Positions 9,341 through 17,979 of a stretch of 57,321 nucleotides of DNA are shown here, piece after piece. The stretch's first letter is position 1, and every line of letters begins with the position of its first letter. Source of the DNA: Thermoplasmata archaeon (GTDB lineage Archaea; Thermoplasmatota; SW-10-69-26; JACQPN01; JAJPHT01); the NCBI GenBank assembly GCA_034667685.1, contig JAXDQU010000078.1, forward strand, positions 1 through 57,321, written 5' to 3'. The notes under the pieces were generated by a model that saw only the letters and a program-made list of their open reading frames with translations, did no database searches and was not told where the DNA came from. Position numbers and translations under genes: made by a program.

Positions 9341-9772
9341 TCAGGGCTCCACGACGAGCAGGCCGCGCATGGTCGTGTGGATCTTGCAGAGGTAGGGCAG
9401 CGCGAAGCCGCCGTCGGGCAGCGCGACCGCGTTGTTGCAGGTCGCGTTGTGGGCGCGGCCGTCCAGGTCCGTGTAGCTTGCCACGAGGTGGCCGCCGCTG
9501 ATGGTCAGCGTCAGCACCGGCGAGGGCGAGCCGGGGGACTCGGGCAGCAGGAAGCAGGGCGAGTCGCCCAGGACGGCGTTGTCCGCCGTGGCGTGGCCGA
9601 TGTCGCTCGACGTGAAGACGACGGTCGAGCCGCTCGTGATCGTGGCGACCGGGAGGACGTAGCCCTCCGAGGTGGCGTTGATCGAGCAGGGGTCCGCGCA
9701 CGTGGGGGGCGCGGCGGTCGTGGCGAGCGGGAGCGCGAGGAGCGCGGCGAGGCAGAGGAGCGCGGTCTTCAT
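9341..9772 (-). CDS. Secreted cupredoxin-like protein
   Basis: Signal peptide; TVVF...GH and YLCKIHTTMRG (type-1 copper C-x2-H-x2-M loop). Confidence 0.75.
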   Translation of the reverse strand: MKTALLCLAALLALPLATTAAPPTCADPCSINATSEGYVLPVATITSGSTVVFTSSDIGHATADNAVLGDSPCFLLPESPGSPSPVLTLTISGGHLVASYTDLDGRAHNATCNNAVALPDGGFALPYLCKIHTTMRGLLVVEP

Positions 9773-9778
9773 GTGATA

Positions 9779-11743
9779 TCACCTGGGAAGGATGGCGGGA
9801 ACGTCGCCCGCGTTGATGTCCATGCCGGCGAGCCAGACCGCGTTGTCGCGGGAGGGCGGCGCGCCGGTGTACGTGTCGTGGCCCCCGAGATCGAGGAACG
9901 TGCCGATGGTGTCGCCTTCGAGACCCTCGCCGCCGCCCAGGAGCACGCCGCGGCCCGCGGTCCAGCGCGGATCGTTGGGCCCGTTGTTCGGGTGGGCCTG
10001 CATGAAGTGGCCGTCGTCGCCCGAGACGTCGACGAACACGCCTTCGCCCTCGGCGGGTCCGCCGAAGCCCTCGTTCATCGTGTAGACGGAGCGGGGCGAG
10101 CGCGTGTCGCCGAAGTACGTGTCGTTGCCGCCCAGCGTCACGAAGACGCCGAGGCCCGCGTACGAGCCCGTGCCGAAGGCGCAGTTGAGCAGCGGGATGA
10201 TGTACGGGTTCGTCGCGCTCGACACGGCCTCGAAGTTGTCGTTGCCGCCGTCGTCGACGAAGATGCCGGTGCCCGCGAACGCCGCGAAGCCGTAGGCGTA
10301 GAAGTCGGTCGTGGTGGCATTGTCCCAGGCGTGGTAGCCGTCGTTGCCCATGCCCGTGTCGTGGAAGACGCCCACGCCGCCAAAGAAGCCGGTGCCGGTG
10401 GGGTAGAGCCCCTGGAACGAGAAGCTGTTGAGGCCGTTGTCGAAGCCGTAGGCGAGGTATTGGTCGTCGCCGCCGCCGTCGGCGAGGATGCCCACGCCGC
10501 CCGCGTTGCCGAAGCCCTGCGCGAGGTCCCAGGTGCTATCACCCGAGGACGTGACGTCGGCCTCGTAGCGGTCGTTGCCGGCCGCGTCGAGCTGGATGCC
10601 CACCGCCGCGAGGCCGTAGCCCTGGGCGCCCGCGTCGATGTAGTACGAGGGGCCGCCCCAGAGCTGGCCGTGGTCGGCCGCCTGCGCGAAGCTGGCGAGG
10701 TACGAGTCGCTGCCCGCCGCGTCGACGAGCAGGCCGATGCCGCCCTCGCTCGCGGAGCCGTCGACGTCCGTGGGCCGGCCGCCGTAGGCATATGCGTCGT
10801 CGCCCGCCAAGTCCACGAGCACGCTCGCCACGAGGCCGTTGCAGTCGTGGATCAGGCTCGCGGGGTCGGGGCACGCGGAGCCGGCGGTGACGTGATACGT
10901 GTCGTCGCCCGCGGGATCCACGAGCAGCGCCGGGTCGCGCAGGACGCCGGTGCGCTCGTAGACGTCGTTGCCCGAGGAGCCGAGGATGACGAGGCCGTTG
11001 GGGTCGGCGAAGAGCGCGACGCGGGATTCCGGCCACGCCACACCCTGGACCGCCGCGCGGAAGGCATTCTGCGCCGCCACGAGGTCGAGCGCGCGCGAGA
11101 GCGTCGCCTCGCGCTGCGCGTCGGAGAGCGTGACGACCGTTTGCCCGCCCGAGGCCTTCTCGGCCACGAGGACCGCCTGCGCGAGGGGCGCCTGCGCGAC
11201 GTACGCGTCCGCCACCGCGTGCACGAGGTCCGCGAAGGGCTGGCGCACGTCGTCAGGCAGAGCCGCGGCCTGCGACTCGACGCGGGCCATCTGGCCTGCG
11301 TCGAGCGGGAAGCCCGCGGCCGCGTCGAGGCGCGCCACGTCCGTCACGAGGTCGCCGCGCGCGGCGGCCGCGCCGGGCTGGAGCGCGAGCAGGCGCGAGG
11401 CGGTGCCCAGCTGGGCCCACTGCGAGACGGTGCGACCGTCGCGCACCTCAGCGCCGATCGCCTTCTGCGCGACCTCCAAGGGCGAGAGCCCCTGCATGTC
11501 GAGGCGCTGCGGGTGACCCACGCCGTGGTCCGCCATGAAGTGCTGCACGCGCGCCGCGAAGCGCGGATCCTGGAGGCCCTCGTAGTTCAGCTGGCCCAGC
11601 GTCTTCCCCTGCGTCGGGTTGGGCGCGAGAACGGGCACGTGCGCGGTGAGCGCGGCGGCGAGCCCTGCCGTGCAAACGAGAGCGGCAAGGACGAGAGCGG
11701 TGGGACGGAACGTGGGACCAGCCTCCGTCCGCCCCAAGGCCAA
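9779..11743 (-). CDS. Secreted protein with ~11 GxGhhhDxxGxDxY repeats
   Basis: Hydrophobic N-terminus; repeats such as LLVDPAGDDTY, GIGLLVDAAGSDSY, GVGILADGGGDDQY, TIGTFLDLGGHDTY. Start codon uncertain. Confidence 0.8.
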   Translation of the reverse strand: MALGRTEAGPTFRPTALVLAALVCTAGLAAALTAHVPVLAPNPTQGKTLGQLNYEGLQDPRFAARVQHFMADHGVGHPQRLDMQGLSPLEVAQKAIGAEVRDGRTVSQWAQLGTASRLLALQPGAAAARGDLVTDVARLDAAAGFPLDAGQMARVESQAAALPDDVRQPFADLVHAVADAYVAQAPLAQAVLVAEKASGGQTVVTLSDAQREATLSRALDLVAAQNAFRAAVQGVAWPESRVALFADPNGLVILGSSGNDVYERTGVLRDPALLVDPAGDDTYHVTAGSACPDPASLIHDCNGLVASVLVDLAGDDAYAYGGRPTDVDGSASEGGIGLLVDAAGSDSYLASFAQAADHGQLWGGPSYYIDAGAQGYGLAAVGIQLDAAGNDRYEADVTSSGDSTWDLAQGFGNAGGVGILADGGGDDQYLAYGFDNGLNSFSFQGLYPTGTGFFGGVGVFHDTGMGNDGYHAWDNATTTDFYAYGFAAFAGTGIFVDDGGNDNFEAVSSATNPYIIPLLNCAFGTGSYAGLGVFVTLGGNDTYFGDTRSPRSVYTMNEGFGGPAEGEGVFVDVSGDDGHFMQAHPNNGPNDPRWTAGRGVLLGGGEGLEGDTIGTFLDLGGHDTYTGAPPSRDNAVWLAGMDINAGDVPAILPR

Positions 11744-11793
11744 GGGGGGCCAAGAGGCTGTCGCTAGCCAAGATCGAATAGGAAATAGGATCT

Positions 11794-12096
11794 CTAGAAG
11801 TCCTGGGGTCCCCGCTTGTGACGCGGAGGCCGATAGAACAGCGCCGTGTGCCCGCGCACCTCGACGAGCGTCACGCGCGCCGCCTGCGCGAGGCCCTGCG
11901 CGAGCGCCTTCGCGTCCGCGTCCTCGCGCGCCGAGGCCAGGATCTTGACCTTCACGAGCGGATCGCGCTCCAGACGCGCCTGAAGCTCCTTCACGACGCC
12001 CTCGCTCACGCCATCCTTGCCCACCTGGAAGGCGACGCCGAGCGTCTGCCCCGTGGCGCGCAGCGCGGCAAGATCATGGCTGGTCAGGTTGGCCAC
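11794..12096 (-). CDS. YhbY/CRM-domain RNA-binding protein
   Basis: QVGKDGVSE..VKEL...L....LVKVK...VEVRG.T.LFYR; canonical neighbour of rpp21. Confidence 0.9.
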   Translation of the reverse strand: MANLTSHDLAALRATGQTLGVAFQVGKDGVSEGVVKELQARLERDPLVKVKILASAREDADAKALAQGLAQAARVTLVEVRGHTALFYRPPRHKRGPQDF

Positions 12097-12418
12097 GAGG
12101 CGCCGATGCGGGCCCCGATGATAAGACCTTGCGCCGCGAAGCGCCGCACGCCAGGCACGTCGTCACGCGCCGCCCCCCGCGCAGCCGCACGCGCGACGAC
12201 ACGCCCGGCGCCAGGTAGGCCTTGCACGCCCGGCAGATGCGCGCCTCGATCGCCGTGCCCCGCAACTGGTAGCGCGTCTTCACGCGCCACGCGAGCTGCG
12301 CATACCGGTCCGCCCGATCCCGGCGCCCCGCCCCCAGCGCCTCCGCGGCAAGGTCCGCCAGACGCGCGACGCGATCCAACGCCACGCCGCGCTCCTCGCC
12401 CTTGTTCCGCCGCGCCAC
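12074..12418 (-). CDS. rnp4: Ribonuclease P protein component 4 (Rpp21)
   Basis: ADRYAQLA, ICRAC..YL.PG...RVRL and TCLACG..RR zinc ribbon; GTG start (MARRNK) inferred. Confidence 0.88.
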   Translation of the reverse strand: MARRNKGEERGVALDRVARLADLAAEALGAGRRDRADRYAQLAWRVKTRYQLRGTAIEARICRACKAYLAPGVSSRVRLRGGRRVTTCLACGASRRKVLSSGPASAPRGQPDQP

Positions 12419-12513
12419 GCGCGGACGAGGCGCCTCCCCGGCATGAGCCCTCCGCCCGAAGCTTTCATAGAGGGGGACTCTGGTGCGCGCGGCACCGGGC
12501 CGATTCTCGGCAT

Positions 12514-12536
12514 GCGGACGTAATGATACCATCGGC
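12514..12536 (+). repeat. attL: 8-bp core plus left inverted arm
   Basis: GCGGACGT AATGATACCATCGGC; the core is identical to the first 8 nt of the tRNA at 21861. Confidence 0.75.
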
Positions 12537-12914
12537 TGGACTCTCCCGAAACAATGGGCGGGGGAGGTCCGGAACCGGGTCTTGAGGGGGTTCCGATCTT
12601 GTGGAGCCCCGTGGCGGTTCTGGCGCGGGTCCTTACTGAATAGGAAGGAAACTCCACGCCTTGGAACCGCATTCCTGGGGCTCCTTCTGGATCGAGCACG
12701 CGCAGGGCGCGGCTCCGATCCTTCTGCGCTCCTATGTCAGGGAGAGGCAATCCGAGCGCGTACTCGGCAAGCGCGGCGCGCCCCCTGCGCACCGCTCGGG
12801 TTCTTCCGTGCGGTCGGCCTAGCGCGGACCTGACACGGCCAAGATGGCGCCGTGCCGGCGTTGGCTGGACATGAGGGGGGCTTCCCGATTTTCGAGGTGG
12901 AGAAGATCCCCCGT

Positions 12915-12942
12915 CATGAGGATCTCGACATGAGGATCTCGA
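12915..12942. repeat. Perfect 14-bp tandem duplication CATGAGGATCTCGA x2
   Basis: Read directly from the sequence, in the largely non-coding left arm of the element. Confidence 0.85.
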
Positions 12943-12997
12943 CCCGAGAACCCGACCCTGTGGTAGGCTTGACGTCCTCGGAGTGGATCGAGACTCG

Positions 12998-13183
12998 ATG
13001 CCTGTCTTGAGCGGTTGGCTCCTCCTGGGGGTCGTCGCGTTGCTGCTGCGCTGCGGGGCATGGCTGATCCGTGAGGCTCGCCCGGGGAGGGAGGCGCGTC
13101 GGAAGCTGCTATTGCTAGGCTCGATCGTGGTCCTGGCAGCGGTCGCGGTGGCGCTGTTCATGGTCGGGTTGACCTTGTTGTAG
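12998..13183 (+). CDS. Small two-TM membrane protein
   Basis: MPVLSGWLLLGVVALLL...RRKLLLLGSIVVLAAVAVALFMVGLTLL; two hydrophobic segments with a basic loop. Confidence 0.5.
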   Translation: MPVLSGWLLLGVVALLLRCGAWLIREARPGREARRKLLLLGSIVVLAAVAVALFMVGLTLL

Positions 13184-13731
13184 GCTGCCCACCCTATTCT
13201 TCTTAGACCCATTCTGCGGGACGGCCGCGTTCTTCCCAGGAGTTGGCGGGTGTTGACCTTCCGGCGGTGACCCTCGGGTTCCGAGGGCTCGACCCCTCGG
13301 CGGGAGCACGAGAGGATGCAAATCTCACCATCATACGGGGCTCCGGTGTGCGAGCCTGGCAGGTCCGGGCAGCGCTCGGCCGGATCGGCTGGAGGAGATA
13401 GGCATGGATCGGGGCGCGTTGGCGGCCAGGAAAAAATTCCGTACAGGCGGCATCCTCGCGGCCGTCGCTGTTTCGCGCGCCGGTGCGCGCGGCCAAGATG
13501 CCGGGGCCCCTGACACCTGGTACGTCCGGGCGGAACCCAGAGTCGACTTCCGGCACTTCTCCGGCATGTCCTGGGAAGCGGAACTTTCAAAAAGGACGTT
13601 GGCGCCAAGGCCCCTTGATTGGTGATCGGCTTGGAGGCCTCCTCTCGTGACGTCCGCGGTGAACCCTCGAATCCCGCGGACCACCGAAAGCGTCGAGTCG
13701 TTGGAGAGTCACGGCGGGTCAGGTGATACTC

Positions 13732-14523
13732 ATGGCGAACGTGATGGACCACAATGCCCGATTCCTGCTCTGCTTCCGACTGCACCTGGCAAGCTACGCG
13801 CTCCTCGGGGAGCGTCTGACGGTGAGCAAGGTTGCGCAGGTGGAGCGGTGCGACCGGCATATGGTGAAGGACGCGCTCGAATGGCTCGGCCGTACCGGAT
13901 GTGTCGAAGAATTGCAGGCGCGCAAAGGGCGGCTCTCGGATCGGGAGTACGTCGTCTCGACCGATTGCTTCCACTTGCGGCCTATGCGGGGCGACGATGG
14001 CGGGCTCTCGCCCGAGGTCGTGGCGGCGTCCGAGGAGATGGGGGAACCGGCGCGCGGGCGGTTCCTGGGCGAGATCGTGCCGGATCGGCTTGTGCATGGA
14101 AGCGCAGTGCGGGACAAGGTGCTCCAACGCATCTACGAGGGCGCGTCCTTGGAGGACCCGACGAGCCTCCAGAAGCCCGCGAGGCACGAGACGGAGCCCA
14201 TGAAGGCCGCCGTCTTGGCCGACCGCGCCAGCGGGCATCGGATGGACCATGCCTTCGTTCTGGGCGGCGAGCTCGTCATCTGGAATCGTGGCCTCTACGC
14301 GCGGGCCCACGGCTCCGGGATCGTGACGTTCGGCGACGTGGGGATCAAGACCCAACCGACGGGGGCGGACGTGATGCGGGCAATCCGCGAGATGCGGCGC
14401 CTCCCGCGCGACGTTCGCGCTGTGAGCATGCAGGAAATCCCCATCTCTCCCCAGGATCCGAACGATCCGCTCGTGCAAGCATTCGAAGCGGCGCGGCGCC
14501 GAAGGCAGGAGTGGTCCGCGTGA
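13732..14523 (+). CDS. Hypothetical protein with probable N-terminal winged-helix DNA-binding domain
   Basis: AGGTGAT SD before ATG; LTVSKVAQVERCDRHMVKDALEWLGRTGCVEE resembles a wHTH. Confidence 0.65.
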   Translation: MANVMDHNARFLLCFRLHLASYALLGERLTVSKVAQVERCDRHMVKDALEWLGRTGCVEELQARKGRLSDREYVVSTDCFHLRPMRGDDGGLSPEVVAASEEMGEPARGRFLGEIVPDRLVHGSAVRDKVLQRIYEGASLEDPTSLQKPARHETEPMKAAVLADRASGHRMDHAFVLGGELVIWNRGLYARAHGSGIVTFGDVGIKTQPTGADVMRAIREMRRLPRDVRAVSMQEIPISPQDPNDPLVQAFEAARRRRQEWSA

Positions 14524-14972
14524 TCGGCGCCGCGAAGCCGCGCCTGGCCCGACGCGCCCGCCGCCCACGACGCCGGAAGGGACGGCGCTGGCCCTTCGTT
14601 CTCCTCACGGTCGCCTACGCGGGCGCGCTCAAGGACGCGAAGCCGAGCCCGTACCACCACGTTTGGGACGAGGAGCCCGGCGCGCGCTCCTGGGCCGGTG
14701 AGCAATACCGTAGCGTCGAGGGCCTGGACTGGTCGGACGCCGAGTTCTGGATCGCCGTCTTGTTGGCGATGCCGTTCTCGATGCAGGCATACTTCTTCTC
14801 GCTGCGGACGAGTGCGCAGCGGGCAGCATGGTTCGCCGTGGCCCGCGCCGACCATTCGCAGGCTCCGGCGTTCCTCCAGGCACGGAGCCTCTACCTGAGC
14901 GAGCGGAGCAGGCAGGTGCGCTACGTTCGGCGCGTGCCCCCACCGCTTGCGGGGGTGAGCCTGGATGGCTGA
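14520..14972 (+). CDS. Hypothetical protein (150 aa, Arg-rich N-terminus)
   Basis: GTG overlaps the upstream TGA (GTGA) and its stop overlaps the next ATG; corresponds to the 3' part of track ORF 13647..14972. Confidence 0.55.
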   Translation: MIGAAKPRLARRARRPRRRKGRRWPFVLLTVAYAGALKDAKPSPYHHVWDEEPGARSWAGEQYRSVEGLDWSDAEFWIAVLLAMPFSMQAYFFSLRTSAQRAAWFAVARADHSQAPAFLQARSLYLSERSRQVRYVRRVPPPLAGVSLDG

Positions 14973-16185
14973 CGCCCTGGGAACGCCACCGGCCGCGCCG
15001 ATCCCGGTGCCCTCGCGGCAAACCCAGTTGGCCGCCCGGTTCAAGACGCTGCCCGACTTGGGCGCGGGGCTCCTGCCCGACTGGTGGGGGCAGAACCGGC
15101 AGCACTACGTCACGGCGTTGGGCCTGGCCTACGACGGCTCGTTTCGCCAAGAGCCAGGGGCAGATTGGGCCGTGCGGGTCCGCAAGAGTGCGGACGCGGC
15201 CGACTACTTCCTGAGCGCATGCCGCAGCGTGGGCCTGGAGATGGCACCCTTCCATTGGGATGCCCTGGCCGCGCGCATCCGACCCGACGACACGCGCAAG
15301 CAAGGCGATCACATTGCGCTCGTGCGCGCCCTGAACACCGACTACGGCGCGCGGTTCTCCGAGCACGTGCAGTACCGCCTCCTTACCGACGGGAACGTCC
15401 ACGTCGAGATCACGGGTCCCACCGGGCTTGGCAAGAGCAGCTGCGCGATTGCCCTGGCGGACTGGATCTGGCCCATTCGGCCCGGTGAACTGCTCCGCCA
15501 TGTGAACTTCGACATGGACGAGCTCACCGACAAGCTGCCCCGGCTGGATCGCGGCGAGAGCGTCATTCAGGATGAAGTCCTCGAACTGACGGGCGAGGGC
15601 GCGGCGACCGCACGCTCGAAGCTCAACAACGTGGAGGACACCATCAGGAAGCGCGGCGTGAACCTCATCACTTGTTCGCCGCGCGAGCACGACTTCGCCA
15701 CGATGCAGATCGAGTTGGAGGCCTTGGCGTGGAACCGGGTGGACAAGTGGACCTTGTTCCTCGCTCACGTCGCAGGCAAGCCCACGGGCCTCGTGCCGAT
15801 CCCGTGGTGTCGCGCCGAGCTGTGGAACGAATACGAGCCATTCAAGGCGGCGAACCTGGAGCGCAGCCTGAGCGGCGCGTTCCAGGATCGCAAGTGGCTC
15901 ACGCGGAAGGCCATGCGCTTCTTCGGTGACGAAAACCTCGTGGACTACCTCGACAGCATGCCCAAAGGCCGCCAGTTCACGCGCACCGACTTCGACCGCG
16001 CCATCGGCGCGTTCCGCGGCGACGCGATGGCGAGCGCGCAGCGGCAGAAGGTCGCGTCCATGATGTTCGAGATGGTCATGCCGTCGAGCGCGGGCTCGTG
16101 CTGCTCAAGGAGCACGAAGAAGGGAAGTGGACGCCGACGAAGAAGTGAGTCCTACCCGAACCGGCTCCGGTTTTTCGTGAGGTGA
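14965..16185 (+). CDS. P-loop NTPase of mobile-element type, probably frameshifted near the 3' end
   Basis: Walker A ITGPTGLGKS, Walker B SVIQDE, then IRKRGVNLITCSP; a more plausible C-terminus exists in the -1 frame, ending at 16148. Confidence 0.8.
   Translation: MADALGTPPAAPIPVPSRQTQLAARFKTLPDLGAGLLPDWWGQNRQHYVTALGLAYDGSFRQEPGADWAVRVRKSADAADYFLSACRSVGLEMAPFHWDALAARIRPDDTRKQGDHIALVRALNTDYGARFSEHVQYRLLTDGNVHVEITGPTGLGKSSCAIALADWIWPIRPGELLRHVNFDMDELTDKLPRLDRGESVIQDEVLELTGEGAATARSKLNNVEDTIRKRGVNLITCSPREHDFATMQIELEALAWNRVDKWTLFLAHVAGKPTGLVPIPWCRAELWNEYEPFKAANLERSLSGAFQDRKWLTRKAMRFFGDENLVDYLDSMPKGRQFTRTDFDRAIGAFRGDAMASAQRQKVASMMFEMVMPSSAGSCCSRSTKKGSGRRRRSESYPNRLRFFVR
16160..16175 (+). terminator. 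Short hairpin plus T-tract after the NTPase
   Basis: AACCGG-CT-CCGGTTTTTT. Confidence 0.4.
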
Positions 16186-16300
16186 GCCGACTCCGAGGGG
16201 CATGAGCGTAACAGTAAACTTCCAGTTGCAACAGAGGTACTGTAACGTGCCCCTGTCGAAGATATAAGGGCCAAGCGCCATCTGCCCCAGCCGACCGGAG

Positions 16301-17494
16301 GTGGGAACGCTGGTAGATCATTCGGCCGCAGACTCGATGTTGGGCTACTACCACCAAGCGCGTTACGCCCTGTATCTGGCCCTGCGCGCGGAAGATCCAA
16401 CCGCAACTATCGAGATTGAGACCGCGGACGACATCGTGTTCGACGCCGCGGGTGAGCCGCGGCAACTCCTGCAATCGAAGCACCACGCGAGCAAGGGCAG
16501 CATCGCAAACGCAAGCGTGGAGCTATGGAAAACGCTGAGAATCTGGGCCGAGCACGAGCGCAAGACCAAGGGAGCGGCCGATGTGCGATACGTCCTTGTG
16601 ACAACGGCCAAGGCGTCGGGCGGCTCGGCCGCGCAGTACCTTCGGCCTGGCCCTGCACGTAGCGTTGAGAAGGCGTGGGGGCTGCTCTCAGAGGTACCCG
16701 ACATCTCAACGCGCGAGGAGAATGAAACAGCATACACTGAGTGGAAGAAGCTCCGTCCAAAGGGACAGAAGCGACTCCTCGAGAAGGTCCACATACTCGA
16801 CGGATCACCAAACATCCTCCAGACGGACCAACTGCTCCGAGACCGCCTCGGCCTGCTCGCTGCTAGAGAGAAGGTCGAAGATTTCATGGCAGCAGTCGAA
16901 GGGCAGTGGCTCCGGGGAGTTATCCGGCGTCTGGCGGGACAGATGAAGGCGCCCCTAATCGTGGGCGAGATCCAGGACTACGCCCACGAAGTCTCGCTGC
17001 AATACCGGCGCGATGCTCTCACCATTGACTTCGACAAGGCTGTCCCGGCTGGCGTTGTGGAAGATCACGACGATCGACAATTCGTCGATCAACTCCGCTG
17101 GATCAATGCAACGCCCGATAGCATCCGGCGCAGCATTCAGGACTATTATCGAGCTTTCCAACAGCGCAGCCTCTGGGTCAGAAAACAAAGGATCCACCCT
17201 GACGAGATCGAGGAATACGACAACCAGCTGATCGATGAGTGGAGCCGTCGCGTCGACGTAGACCAACGCGGGCTCGGTAACAATCCGAACGAGGCAGCAT
17301 GTGTGACTGCGGGCTGGCAGACCTTCCAATGGGCTCACTCGGAGGCTGCCATACACATCCGGGACGATTGCACCGTTCCATACGTCTGTCGCGGGAGCTT
17401 CCATGTCCTCGCAGATGCTGATCCCCCTGACGTCGGCTGGCACCCCCACTATCTCGCGAAGGCACAAGCGCGCAAGAAGGGTGGGAAGCCATGA
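16301..17494 (+). CDS. lmuA: Lamassu/ABC-3C effector (LmuA-like) with Cap4-like PD-(D/E)xK nuclease and C-terminal ABC-3C domain
   Basis: HSA..S.LGY.HQ..YAL, IEIE..DD, LLQSKHH, LWKTL.IW, QRS.W, RGSFH.LAD....GWHP; TATA-like GATATAAG at 16261. Confidence 0.82.
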   Translation: MGTLVDHSAADSMLGYYHQARYALYLALRAEDPTATIEIETADDIVFDAAGEPRQLLQSKHHASKGSIANASVELWKTLRIWAEHERKTKGAADVRYVLVTTAKASGGSAAQYLRPGPARSVEKAWGLLSEVPDISTREENETAYTEWKKLRPKGQKRLLEKVHILDGSPNILQTDQLLRDRLGLLAAREKVEDFMAAVEGQWLRGVIRRLAGQMKAPLIVGEIQDYAHEVSLQYRRDALTIDFDKAVPAGVVEDHDDRQFVDQLRWINATPDSIRRSIQDYYRAFQQRSLWVRKQRIHPDEIEEYDNQLIDEWSRRVDVDQRGLGNNPNEAACVTAGWQTFQWAHSEAAIHIRDDCTVPYVCRGSFHVLADADPPDVGWHPHYLAKAQARKKGGKP

Positions 17495-17979
17495 CGCGCG
17501 TGCGTTCTCTCGCACCGGAAGTTGCGAACCTTATCAACCCGAGCTTCTGTGGCTACCTCTTGAGACGAGCGGCAGAAGGCTATGCAAAGGAACGAGGGAC
17601 TGGCATCCCGTTCGAGCTCACGTTCCTTGTGTTGCCCATTGTACTCCATGAGGAAACACGCCAAGCGCTACCGCCCAACATTCGCACGAAGATGCACCCG
17701 TGGCTCCAAGAGACGCCCGTTGCACGGCTCGGCTTCGCATCGCGCGCCCGCGCACTCTCGACCTTCACTCGAAACGGTCTGTTATTCGCGAGCACGCATG
17801 GCATTGCCCGAGTCGATCAGGACGGCCGTGTGTGGCCTACACCCTTCACACCGAAGAAGCCCCCAGTCAAGGCTGCTGAAGTCCGCGAGTGTCTCGACAC
17901 CGCCGAATTGGTTGGCCGCTGGCTGGCGCAGGCCGGCAATCCAGCCACAATCTATCTCATGTGGGGAATCCAACCGTGA
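17491..17979 (+). CDS. lmuC: Lamassu/ABC-3C middle component (LmuC-like)
   Basis: EVANL.NP.F, FLVLPIVLHEETR..LP, G.W.......IY...GI.P; ATGA/GTGA coupling to both neighbours. Confidence 0.8.
   Translation: MTRVRSLAPEVANLINPSFCGYLLRRAAEGYAKERGTGIPFELTFLVLPIVLHEETRQALPPNIRTKMHPWLQETPVARLGFASRARALSTFTRNGLLFASTHGIARVDQDGRVWPTPFTPKKPPVKAAEVRECLDTAELVGRWLAQAGNPATIYLMWGIQP

Noticed and set aside
12421-12427. Another GCGGACG as an alternative attL
   Set aside because: Only a 7-bp match, with no adjacent inverted arm, and it lies between the rpp21 start and its promoter.
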